Part shown: piece by piece, positions 18,401-26,947 of the stretch | How positions within the stretch are numbered: position 1 is the stretch's first letter | How the letters are laid out: every line of letters starts with the position of its first letter | Origin: Eisenibacter elegans DSM 3317 | GTDB lineage: Bacteria > Bacteroidota > Bacteroidia > Cytophagales > Microscillaceae | Reading direction: 5' to 3' | DNA length: 52,561 nucleotides | Assembly: GCF_000430505.1 (NCBI RefSeq) | Contig: NZ_AUMD01000021.1 | Span: forward strand, 192,001 to 244,561 | Translations under genes and position numbers: made by a program | The notes under the pieces: generated by a model | Seen by the model: the letters and a program-made list of their open reading frames with translations, nothing else | The model's database searches: none | What the model was told of the DNA's origin: nothing

Positions 18401-19066
18401 TTGCTTAAAGACCAACAACCGAAAATGATTGATACAATAGACCTAAAGCTTTTTCAAGAGCAATTTAGCCAATTAGACCAAGAGGTCATCACACATCTGA
18501 CCGAACACGGCCAAATACGCCAGTGGGAAGAGGGCGAGGTGATGATGCGTACAGGGCAATATATCAAGCAGACAATGCTCATCCTCGACGGGCGTGTCAA
18601 ACTCTATCGGGAGAGCGAAGATGGTAGCGAGTTTTTTATTTATTACCTTGAGCCGGGGCAGGCTTGTGCCCTGAGTATGATTTGCTCGGCCAACAGCGAG
18701 CCTAGTCAAATCACGGCCAAGGCCGTATCACCTACCCGCACCTTGGTTGTGCCCGTAATGCAAACAGAAGTGTTGTTTGGCAACAACCGCTCTTGGTACA
18801 ATTTTGTGCTCAAAAACTACCGCAGCCGTTTTGATGAGATGCTCCAAGTACTGGATAGTGTTGCATTTAGAGGGATGGACGAGCGGCTAGAGTTTTACCT
18901 CAAACGGCATTTTGATGCAGAAGGGGATATTCTCAACACCACCCACCAAGAGATTGCTGCCGACCTCAGTACCTCGCGAGAGGTGATTTCGCGCCTGCTC
19001 AAGAAAATGGAAAAAGAGGGTTATATCGCCTTACAACGCAACCAAATTATCAATAAAAAGCTATAA
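18401..19066 (+). CDS. Crp/Fnr family transcriptional regulator
   Basis: It has a cNMP-binding beta-roll region and a C-terminal HTH (TTHQEIAADLSTSREVISRLLKKMEKEGYI). Confidence 0.8.
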   Translation: MLKDQQPKMIDTIDLKLFQEQFSQLDQEVITHLTEHGQIRQWEEGEVMMRTGQYIKQTMLILDGRVKLYRESEDGSEFFIYYLEPGQACALSMICSANSEPSQITAKAVSPTRTLVVPVMQTEVLFGNNRSWYNFVLKNYRSRFDEMLQVLDSVAFRGMDERLEFYLKRHFDAEGDILNTTHQEIAADLSTSREVISRLLKKMEKEGYIALQRNQIINKKL

Positions 19067-19071
19067 AACCG

Positions 19072-19100
19072 GCCTACAGGTGTCTTGTAGGCAGGTTTTT
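19072..19100 (+). terminator. rho-independent terminator of Crp/Fnr gene
   Basis: GCCTACA-GGTGTCT-TGTAGGC (7-bp stem) is followed by AGGTTTTTGC. Confidence 0.7.
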
Positions 19101-19242
19101 GCTAGCTTCGCAGTACTTAGTGCTTGTTTAAATTTTCAGCAGGGCAGGCAAAACAACTGGTTTTTGTGCTGATACTAGGCAAAAAACGCAGGCATTACAT
19201 ATAGCCCACGATTTTAATCGTGGGAGGGCTACGGCGAGCGTT

Positions 19243-19340
19243 TTTATACCAAGATTCACAAGATTTGGGGATTTGTAGAATTTGATTTCTTGATTATCAA
19301 GGATTTTTAGTGCAAAGATTTCCCAAACTAATTGTGGTTG
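19243..19340 (-). repeat. family-A interspersed repeat (full copy, inverted)
   Basis: The reverse complement reads CCACAATTAGTTTGGGAAATC ... CTAAAAATCCTTGATAATCAAGAAATCAAATTC ... CCAAATCTTGTGAATCTTGGTATAAAAA. Confidence 0.75.
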
Positions 19341-19355
19341 AGTATAAACAAGTGC

Positions 19356-19934
19356 TTAGATTACGAGAGTGGGCTGCTTGTTTTCGTCGAGGGCTACAAA
19401 GGTGAACGTGCCTTGGATGGCGTGCTCTCGGCCTTCTTGATACATTTCCTCTTTGAAGATAGAGACTTCCACCTCCAGACTGGTGCGCCCCACACGCACC
19501 ACACGGCCTATCAGCTCGATGATGGTATCTGCGGGGATAGATTTTTTGAAGTCAATCTTGCTAGAAGAAACCGTAACAACCCGCTTGCGGCTGAATCGTG
19601 TGGCGGTAATAAAGGCTACCTCATCCATCATTTCCATCGCCGTACCTCCGAAGAGGGTGTCGTAATGGTTGGTGGTGTTAGGGAATACTACTTTGAATAC
19701 GCGGCTTTCTGAAGCGGCTATTCGGGAGGCAATGGCAGTGCTCATTTGTTGGTATTGTTTGTGGAGTAATTGTAAGCAGGTGGCGCAGAGGCAGTCCGAA
19801 TATTGGGAGGCGATATACTGCTGTGCTTCGTAGCTCAGGGGCTGGTCGAAGCAGTGGCAGAGCGTAACGCTACCTACCTTACACTCAAAAGTGCTGCCAC
19901 AGCGGGCGCAAGGTTTGTGTTCGTGACTGGGCAT
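19356..19934 (-). CDS. Cys-rich CWC domain fused to hotdog-fold acyl-CoA thioesterase
   Basis: The N-terminal 60 aa, CARCGSTFEC...CHCFDQ...CLCATC, fit the Cys_rich_CWC pattern. Residues from about 70 to the end (HYDTLFGGTAMEMMDEVAFITATRF...GRTSLEVEV) look like YciA-type acyl-CoA thioester hydrolase. Confidence 0.7.
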   Translation of the reverse strand: MPSHEHKPCARCGSTFECKVGSVTLCHCFDQPLSYEAQQYIASQYSDCLCATCLQLLHKQYQQMSTAIASRIAASESRVFKVVFPNTTNHYDTLFGGTAMEMMDEVAFITATRFSRKRVVTVSSSKIDFKKSIPADTIIELIGRVVRVGRTSLEVEVSIFKEEMYQEGREHAIQGTFTFVALDENKQPTLVI

Positions 19935-20338
19935 AGGCCTGCTTGTTTGGTGAAAAAAAGTTTGGGTTGGAGCGCTCAGTACAGGGTTACCCTTAGGGCT
20001 AGGGTGGCTAAAACGGTTTGGGCAAGTCCTGTTTTGCTTGGAAGGCTCTTTGCGTCATATATTGGCTCTTCCGTGATTTTGGTGCTAAAGTTCTCGAAAA
20101 CCTCCTTAGCGATAGGTTTGCAAACTTATTCCTTCATCTCCTATGGTGGCTAAAATGGTTTGCTCAAACGCTGTTTGACACCAAAATCAGGCCTCGTGCT
20201 GACAGGGTGAAGCCTCTGACACAAGCGGGCGCACGCGGCTTAGCGATAGGCGAGCAGTACCCCACAGCACGAAGTGCGAGGAGTACAGCCGCCTAGCGCG
20301 ACCCGAAGGGTAAGCCCCAGAATAAAACAAGAAAAGTG

Positions 20339-20378
20339 CCTTAAAAATCCTTGATAATCAGGCAAATCTTGGCATATT
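20339..20378 (+). repeat. family-A repeat, truncated copy
   Basis: TTAAAAATCCTTGATAATCAGGCAAATCTTGGCATATTCC lies immediately 3' of the metE stop. Confidence 0.6.
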
Positions 20379-20386
20379 CCGGGAGC

Positions 20387-22705
20387 TTATGATGCCACGG
20401 AAGCGGCTGTCTTTTCGCGCAGCGCCTTGGCTACGGCAATCATCCGTATGAGGGCTTCCTTGGTTTCGGGCCAACGACGGGTTTTGAGGCCACAGTCGGG
20501 GTTGACCCACAGGTTGCGGGCGGGGACAAACTTAAGCGCTTTGAGCAAGAGCGCCTCCATCTCGTCGGTGCTGGGAATGCGAGGGGAGTGGATGTCATAC
20601 ACGCCGGGGCCTATTTCGTTGGGGTACTTGAAGTCCACAAAGGCATCCAAGAGCTCCATATCTGAGCGGGAGGTTTCGATGGTAATCACGTCGGCATCCA
20701 TCGCAGCGATGGCCTCAATGATATCATTGAACTCAGAGTAGCACATATGGGTATGGATTTGGGTTTGGTCGGACACTCCGCTGTTAGACAGTCGGAAAGC
20801 TTTCACGGCCCAGTCCAAGTAGGCGGGGCGGTCTTTTTGGCGCAGTGGCAATCCTTCGCGGAAGGCTGGCTCATCAATCTGAATCACACCGATACCGGCG
20901 ACTTCGAGGGCTTTTACCTCATCATTGATGGCACAAGCGATTTGGAAGGCTGTTTGGTGGCGGGGCTGGTCATCACGCACAAAAGACCACTGCAAGATGG
21001 TTACCGGCCCTGTGAGCATCCCTTTTACGGGCAGTTGGGTTTGGGCTTGGGCAAAGCTACTCCATCGGACGGACAGGTCGCGGCTGCGCCATACATCACC
21101 ATAAATGATGGGCGGCTTCACACAGCGGCTGCCATAGCTCTGTACCCAACCATATTGGGTAAAGGCAAAGCCTTCGAGTAGTTCGCCAAAGTATTCGACC
21201 ATATCGTTGCGCTCAAATTCGCCGTGTACGAGCACGTCCATCCCGACCTCTTCTTGCCAAGTGATAGATTCGCGGATGGCTTCTTCCATTGCCGCTTCAT
21301 ATTCGGCAGCACTGATTGCGCCTTTTTTGAAGTTGGCACGCAAGGCACGTATTTCTGGGGTTTGTGGGAAAGAGCCGATGGTCGTAGTAGGGAAGAGCGG
21401 TAGCTTGAGCGCTTTGTGTTGGGCTGATTGGCGTTGGTCGAAAGCCGACTGTCGGCGGAAGTGGTCGGCCTTGAGGGCTTCGAGACGCTTTTTCACCTCC
21501 GGATTATGGATGCGGGTAGAGCGGCGGCGGGCTTCGTGTGCCTGCTGGTTAAGCTCTAGGCGGGCGAGGGCTCGGCGACTTGGCTCGGCAGTGCTGGCCA
21601 GTTCGGCCAAGGTGCTGACCTCTTCGAGCTTTTGCTGTGCAAAGGCAAGCCATTGTTGTAGTTCTTGGTCGAGCTTGGTCTCTAGCGACAAGTCGATGGG
21701 GCTATGCAGCAGCGAGCAAGAGGGAGCCACCCATACGCGTGCTTCTCCGACTTTGGCCACAGCCTTGCGCAAGAAGGTGAGGCTATGGGCAAAATCATTG
21801 CGCCAAACGTTGCGACCGTCTACCACACCAAGCGACAGGATGCGTTGGTCGCCTAGGGCGGGGTGTTCGAGCAGGTCGTCGAGCTGTGAAGGGCAGCGTA
21901 CCAAATCGAGGTGTAAGGCCTCTACGGGCAGGCTCAACACGGTGTCGAGCGCTTCGCCAAAGCAGTCGAAATAGTTGGCCAACAAAAACTTCAGACCGGG
22001 GACACTTTTGCGGAGGTAGTTGTAGGCTTGTACCAAGGCGATTTGCGCCTCCGGCGATATGTCGGTGGCGAGGATAGGCTCATCGAGCTGTACCCAAGTT
22101 ACGCCTTGGTCGGCAATGCGCTGTAACAATTGAGCATAGACGGGCAACAGGCGCGGGAGCAGGTCGAGGGTATTGAAGTCAGTGTTTTTGGCCTTACCCA
22201 ACAACAAAAACGAGATAGGCCCTAGCAGCACGGGCTTGGCCTTGATGCCTGCTTGTAAGGCTTCGGCGAGCTCGTCGAGTACCTTGGGGCGGAATAGCTG
22301 GAACTGTTGCTCACGGTGAAACTCAGGGACGATGTAGTGGTAGTTGGTGTCAAACCACTTGGTCATCTCCATCGCACGTAGGTCTAGGCCGTCGCGCTGA
22401 TGGCCACGGGCCATCGCAAAATAGAGGTCAAGAGGTTGCGCACCGCCAACAAGGGGTTGGTAGCGCTCGGGGATAGCGCCAAAGGTTAGGAGGGTGTCGA
22501 GTACGTGGTCGTAGAGCGAGAAGTCATTGACCGGAACAAGCTCAATACCGGCTTCCGATTGGGCTTTCCAATGGCGCAGGCGCAGCTCGTATGCAGTCTG
22601 TTGCAGCTCTTGGGCGCTAGCATTGCCGGCCCAATAGTTTTCGCTGGCTTTTTTGAGTTCGCGGTGGCTACCAATTCGCGGATAGCCGAGGTTATGCGTT
22701 TGCAT
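20387..22705 (-). CDS. metE: 5-methyltetrahydropteroyltriglutamate--homocysteine S-methyltransferase (cobalamin-independent methionine synthase)
   Basis: 772 aa with an N-terminus MQTHNLGYPRIGSHRELKKASENYW and two UroD-like MetE barrels. C-terminal zinc-ligand motifs (HTHMCYS, CGLKTR) are present. Confidence 0.95.
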   Translation of the reverse strand: MQTHNLGYPRIGSHRELKKASENYWAGNASAQELQQTAYELRLRHWKAQSEAGIELVPVNDFSLYDHVLDTLLTFGAIPERYQPLVGGAQPLDLYFAMARGHQRDGLDLRAMEMTKWFDTNYHYIVPEFHREQQFQLFRPKVLDELAEALQAGIKAKPVLLGPISFLLLGKAKNTDFNTLDLLPRLLPVYAQLLQRIADQGVTWVQLDEPILATDISPEAQIALVQAYNYLRKSVPGLKFLLANYFDCFGEALDTVLSLPVEALHLDLVRCPSQLDDLLEHPALGDQRILSLGVVDGRNVWRNDFAHSLTFLRKAVAKVGEARVWVAPSCSLLHSPIDLSLETKLDQELQQWLAFAQQKLEEVSTLAELASTAEPSRRALARLELNQQAHEARRRSTRIHNPEVKKRLEALKADHFRRQSAFDQRQSAQHKALKLPLFPTTTIGSFPQTPEIRALRANFKKGAISAAEYEAAMEEAIRESITWQEEVGMDVLVHGEFERNDMVEYFGELLEGFAFTQYGWVQSYGSRCVKPPIIYGDVWRSRDLSVRWSSFAQAQTQLPVKGMLTGPVTILQWSFVRDDQPRHQTAFQIACAINDEVKALEVAGIGVIQIDEPAFREGLPLRQKDRPAYLDWAVKAFRLSNSGVSDQTQIHTHMCYSEFNDIIEAIAAMDADVITIETSRSDMELLDAFVDFKYPNEIGPGVYDIHSPRIPSTDEMEALLLKALKFVPARNLWVNPDCGLKTRRWPETKEALIRMIAVAKALREKTAASVAS

Positions 22706-22929
22706 AGGACTTTTAACTTTTTGTGAAACAATGAAGTCAAAAGCTCTTCAAGCGAAACTTCGCCACGCACACAGGCGATACACCGTAAAAAACAATGAGG
22801 GAGTTGGGTCAAAAAAATAAGTATGCTACACACACGCAGAGACCTCGGTCGAATGCTGCCGAAAGGACAAGGCATTCCCCTCAAAAATTAGGTGTGAGCA
22901 GATACATCTTCCTGACTTGAGGCCCCAAA

Positions 22930-23115
22930 TCGCGAGGGCGTGGGTCAATACAAAAGGGCAGGTCTCCTGGCTTGTAACATTTTTGCCGACCTTCTCGCCC
23001 CACAGGGGCAATGGTACGCGAGGACAAAAACCGATACGTTACTTACAGTTGCGCGTCAGCTCGTGATTTTCACACGATTCCCTTTTAATCTATGCTTCCA
23101 TAGAACCGCTTTTGC
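22930..23115 (-). ncRNA. cobalamin (B12) riboswitch in metE leader
   Basis: The minus-strand RNA reads ...AAAAGGGAATCGTGTGAAAATCACGAGCTGACGCGCAACTGTAAG...CCCCTGTGGGGCGAGAAGG...ACAAGCCAGGAGACCTGCCC. This matches the conserved core (AAGGGAA, GTGAAAATCAC, GCTGACGCGCAACTGTAA) and gives a perfect B12-box (AGCCAGGAGACCTGCC). It sits about 230 nt upstream of the metE start, a classic regulated target. Confidence 0.8.
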
Positions 23116-23325
23116 GTTGATGAAATTACGAAACAAAGAACTTATGTTCGCAAAAATAGCATAAGCCCTTTAATAAATGCCGAACAGTCGTGTTTTTTTG
23201 CGTAATATCTGGATGTTATGGGTATAAGTGGCTTTTTATCAGCATTTTAAATCGCTAAAATCTTGCTTATCCCGCAACTAAGTTGCTGACAAAGCCCTGT
23301 GGGGCGATACCGTTAACAATGGTTT

Positions 23326-23988
23326 TTAAAAATACACGATGTTATTGGGGCCTAGCTCCAGCGGGTTTTCTCCGGGATTGAAGTCATCCATTGGGTACTT
23401 TTTTTGTGGGGGGATGCCAAAGCTGAGCGATTGTCTCTGCTCAACGGTTTCTGCAACCTCGTCGCAGTTTTCCGAAAATTGTTCAAGCCTAAATGCCCCA
23501 TCCTTGAGTTGGTATTCAAAGCGGGTAGTTTGGCCGCAGGGGTCTCCAAATTCCACTTCGGCCTTGGCCAAGTACCACTGTTTGTCTTGGTATTGATACG
23601 TATGGATGTATTGCCATTTCTCGCGGCTGCCGCCAAAGTGCTCTAATACTATTTGGCCGTTTTTGATGCTTAGGGTTTGGAAAGGATCTCCCATCATCCC
23701 TCCGGCCTGACTGGGCAGCACTGCCCCCCGGCTTTGGTGCCATAGGCTCCAGTTGCCTTTAGTTTTTTGGAAAATGCGAATCTCTCGCACCATTCCGAGG
23801 TCGGTCTCTTCGTTAGTTTGGTAGATGACAACCAGCTCTACCGAGCTGTCACCATTGAGGTCGCCTAGCGCCTCCACGAGTTTGAGGTAGCCTTTGGGAG
23901 TGGGTACAGTATCGGGGGGTAGGGGGCTGGCCTTGAGCACAGTGGAAATAAGCGCTAACAGCAGGGTAATTGTATACAGTGGTTTCAT
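23326..23988 (-). CDS. hypothetical secreted protein
   Basis: 220 aa with a signal peptide (MKPLYTITLLLALISTVLKA). I recognise no family motif. Confidence 0.4.
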   Translation of the reverse strand: MKPLYTITLLLALISTVLKASPLPPDTVPTPKGYLKLVEALGDLNGDSSVELVVIYQTNEETDLGMVREIRIFQKTKGNWSLWHQSRGAVLPSQAGGMMGDPFQTLSIKNGQIVLEHFGGSREKWQYIHTYQYQDKQWYLAKAEVEFGDPCGQTTRFEYQLKDGAFRLEQFSENCDEVAETVEQRQSLSFGIPPQKKYPMDDFNPGENPLELGPNNIVYF

Positions 23989-24032
23989 AGGGGGGTATGG
24001 GGTTATATTGGAGGGGCATTGTTGTATGAAAA

Positions 24033-24989
24033 TCAGTCCATTGTTTGCAGAAGCTGCAACAAATCAGCAGCTATATTGGGATGTTGTCGCCGGTTTATGT
24101 TGATGAATAAGGTCTTGATGCCGTCAACAGGGTTGTGGCCTTGGCTCACAAAAAAATCATAGATAAACTCCATCTCCTGCCTTGAGCCGGCCAGCACTCC
24201 CATCGTACGGTCAGGTTCTGGCTCTGTTTTACGGCGGTGTGCTATTTCGGGGCTTTGTAAAAAGGCATCTACTTGGGCAATCCAGTCAGCTATATTTTCT
24301 GGCGTGATACCAGCCTTGGGCAGGGCGGCGTGTGTGGCGGCAGTTTGGGGTCGGACAAACCTAAAAGCATCTTCCCGGCGCATTTCTTCGGGCTTAGGGT
24401 CTCTGTTGTCGTCGCCTTGCAAGACAAAACGTACTTGACCGCCGGGCAAGCGTTGGTATTGCACCCACCGGATTTGCACGAGGTCTTGCGTATCTATTGG
24501 TGGGTTGAGGTGGGTGCTCGACGCATCAAAATCGGTTGGCGTTCCACATACAAAATAGCCACTGTGCTTATCCCAAGGATGATGTGCGGTTAGGGGCAAC
24601 TTACACGAGAAGGTCAACGCGGCACCCAAAATACCCTCATAAAGCTCTTGCGTACGCAGGTCTGTGAGCTTGCCCTGGGCTTTGAGCACCTCTAATTGGG
24701 GGATTAGCTCTTGACGCTCTGCCTCAGACAAGATAAACCCTTGTCTTTGGGTTTTGTGTAATACCAGTTCGGTGATGCTTATGTTCAGGGCTATTTGTTC
24801 TTCAAAAGCCATTCCCATCAGCATCAAGCTGCTTTTGGTTTGCCACTGGCCTTGTAGCCAGTCAGGGCTGCTGACTTGTGCATGGGCAAACTGTATCAGC
24901 CCCAACAGCAGGGCGCAGAGGGAGGTGTTTCGTAGCATCATCGAGGCAATCGTTTGATAGATATGACACCATAACGTAAATATCGTCAT
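24033..24989 (-). CDS. hypothetical secreted protein
   Basis: 318 aa with a signal peptide (LCALLLGLIQFAHAQ). It lies 44 nt upstream of the 23326-23988 gene on the same strand. I recognise no family. Confidence 0.4.
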   Translation of the reverse strand: MTIFTLWCHIYQTIASMMLRNTSLCALLLGLIQFAHAQVSSPDWLQGQWQTKSSLMLMGMAFEEQIALNISITELVLHKTQRQGFILSEAERQELIPQLEVLKAQGKLTDLRTQELYEGILGAALTFSCKLPLTAHHPWDKHSGYFVCGTPTDFDASSTHLNPPIDTQDLVQIRWVQYQRLPGGQVRFVLQGDDNRDPKPEEMRREDAFRFVRPQTAATHAALPKAGITPENIADWIAQVDAFLQSPEIAHRRKTEPEPDRTMGVLAGSRQEMEFIYDFFVSQGHNPVDGIKTLFININRRQHPNIAADLLQLLQTMD

Positions 24990-25078
24990 TTTGGATACTT
25001 ACCAAACCCTCGAAACAAAAAAAGCCACCCCCAAAATTGTGGGGATGACTCTTATTTATTGACTAACTAAGGGTTTTT

Positions 25079-26143
25079 CTAGGCTTCTTGTGTTGCGGCT
25101 TTGGTGGCCAGCACATCGTTGAAACGACGTTCTTGGCGATTTTTCCAAGCGCCTTTGTGGTAGGCATATCCGCTGATGAGGGGCATAGCCAGTGTGGCTT
25201 CGGCCCATACCATCTGCTCGTATACAGTATCTACCTTACCCCAAGAGCAGGCCTCCTTGAGGGTAGAGCCGGAGAGTGCGCCGTCGCGTTCGTCGGCCAC
25301 AGTGATTTGCACGGCATATTTGTGCATTGGTGTATCAAAGCCGAGTACTTCACCCGCTACTACGGTATCTTGGATAAAGTTTTTGGGCACACCGCCACCA
25401 ATCATAAAGATGCCTGATTCTTGGCTGACAAGCTTGATGCGGGTCAGTTCGAGGAAATCCTTGGCAGAGTCGATAGAAAGGTGCTTGTCGGGGTTGTTGT
25501 ATTGGTGTTGTACCAAGCCAAAGCCGGCAGAGCAGTCAGAAAACGCAGGTACAAAAATAGGAACACCTTTTTTGTAGCAGTGCCACACGATAGAATCTTC
25601 ACGGTAAGCGGCATACTGCTCGTTTTCGTCGAGGTACTTGCCCATTTCGATGATAAACTCACGCGAAGAGTAAGGGCGTTTTTCGAGGCTGTCGCAGAGC
25701 TGCCCCATAATGTCATCACAGATGCGGAGGTTTTCTTCGTCGATATAGGTATCATAGATACGGTCAATCATCAACTCACGCAGCTCTTGGTCGTCTACAA
25801 AAGGAGTGCCTTTGTAGTGTTTGAAGCCAAGGGCCTCAAAAAAGTCTTGGTCTACTATATTAGCACCGGTAGAGACGATTGCGTCTACCATGTTGTTTTT
25901 CACAAGGTCAAGGATAACGTGCTTCAAGCCGGCAGAGATAAGCGAACCGGCCAAGGTCAAAAACACGGTCGATTGCGTATCCTCTTGCATCATATTGAAG
26001 ATTTGCGCACCGCGAGCGAGGTTGCGGGCTTGGAAGGCCATATCGGCCATCGCGTCTACCATCGGCACGACGTTGTGTGCCTTCATGTCAATGTGTTGGA
26101 TAGTTTCTTGGAGAAACTCTTTTTTGCGGGCTTCGTTGGTCAT
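25079..26143 (-). CDS. deoxyhypusine synthase family protein (DHS-like)
   Basis: 354 aa with NAD-binding and DHS-fold motifs (IVSTGANIVDQD, MIGGGVPKNFIQDT), at DHS/homospermidine-synthase-like length. Confidence 0.85.
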   Translation of the reverse strand: MTNEARKKEFLQETIQHIDMKAHNVVPMVDAMADMAFQARNLARGAQIFNMMQEDTQSTVFLTLAGSLISAGLKHVILDLVKNNMVDAIVSTGANIVDQDFFEALGFKHYKGTPFVDDQELRELMIDRIYDTYIDEENLRICDDIMGQLCDSLEKRPYSSREFIIEMGKYLDENEQYAAYREDSIVWHCYKKGVPIFVPAFSDCSAGFGLVQHQYNNPDKHLSIDSAKDFLELTRIKLVSQESGIFMIGGGVPKNFIQDTVVAGEVLGFDTPMHKYAVQITVADERDGALSGSTLKEACSWGKVDTVYEQMVWAEATLAMPLISGYAYHKGAWKNRQERRFNDVLATKAATQEA

Positions 26144-26419
26144 GGTGCTCGTCCTAAGTTAGAATATTACAATTTGACATAGCAAAGGTACGAATTTATG
26201 CCCGCTTGGACAGGGCTGCGCCTTGTTTTTGGGTAGAATATTTTGCGCTTTGCCTAGAATTGGGTATCGAACCCTGATAGAGATGGATTTTTTTGTACCT
26301 ATGTCTCGCTTTGGCAAAAATCAACAAGAAATAATGGCCTAAGCTGGAGATAATTCTCAAAAGCCTTTATCTTCGCTCCTAACTACCAAACGGCTGTATA
26401 CCCACTGCCGCCCAAACCT

Positions 26420-26902
26420 ATGACCAAAAAGAAAAATACGGCTCCTAAGCGGATTATTGGCACAAGAGACCGGATTGATTTTGTAGACTTTGCGTTGTTT
26501 GATTTGCCCTGTAAGATTGATACTGGCGCAGAGACCTCGGCCATTCACTGTCATCATGTCAAATTGATTGAAAAAGAAGGACAAGAACTGATTTCATTCA
26601 AATTACTCGACCCCTCTCATCCTGAGTATGATGGGGTGGAATACCGCACGGCGAAGTTTGAGGAGCGGCGCATCCGCAGCTCATTTGGCCATACGGAGTA
26701 TCGATATGTAATTACTACGCAGGTGCAGCTTTTTGGAGAAGTCTTCTCAACACAGTTCACCCTAGCCGACCGTGTGCAGATGAAGTTCCCAGTCTTGTTG
26801 GGCAAACGACTGCTCAAAAACCAGTTTTTGGTAGATGTGAGCCTAGTTGATTTGTCGTTTAAGCAAAAACAGCAAAACCTATCTACCCAAACACCTTTAT
26901 AA
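26420..26902 (+). CDS. RimK-associated putative ATP-dependent zinc protease (retropepsin-like, COG4067-type)
   Basis: 160 aa with KIDTGAETSAIH (aspartic-protease-like DTG). It sits immediately upstream of rimK, as in the conserved pair. Confidence 0.7.
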   Translation: MTKKKNTAPKRIIGTRDRIDFVDFALFDLPCKIDTGAETSAIHCHHVKLIEKEGQELISFKLLDPSHPEYDGVEYRTAKFEERRIRSSFGHTEYRYVITTQVQLFGEVFSTQFTLADRVQMKFPVLLGKRLLKNQFLVDVSLVDLSFKQKQQNLSTQTPL

Positions 26903-26947
26903 TTCAAAATTGCAACACTTTATTTATTATACCGACGAGGAGATGTT

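Noticed and set aside
20003-20180. Possible CRISPR array
   Set aside because: There are only two imperfect repeat copies, the spacing of about 137 bp is too large, and no cas genes are nearby.
19803-20296. Two plus-strand ORFs (116 aa and 92 aa) in the 450-bp intergenic region between the thioesterase gene and metE
   Set aside because: They have no motifs and overlap the direct repeats and the truncated family-A element. More likely this is non-coding regulatory or repeat DNA.
21207-21974. 255-aa Ser/Arg/Ala-rich ORF on the plus strand
   Set aside because: It is entirely antisense to the well-supported metE gene. Its low-complexity composition is what a GC-rich antisense frame produces, and it has no motifs.
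25421-26182. 253-aa ORF on the plus strand
   Set aside because: It is antisense to the deoxyhypusine-synthase-like gene, whose frame carries clear family motifs.
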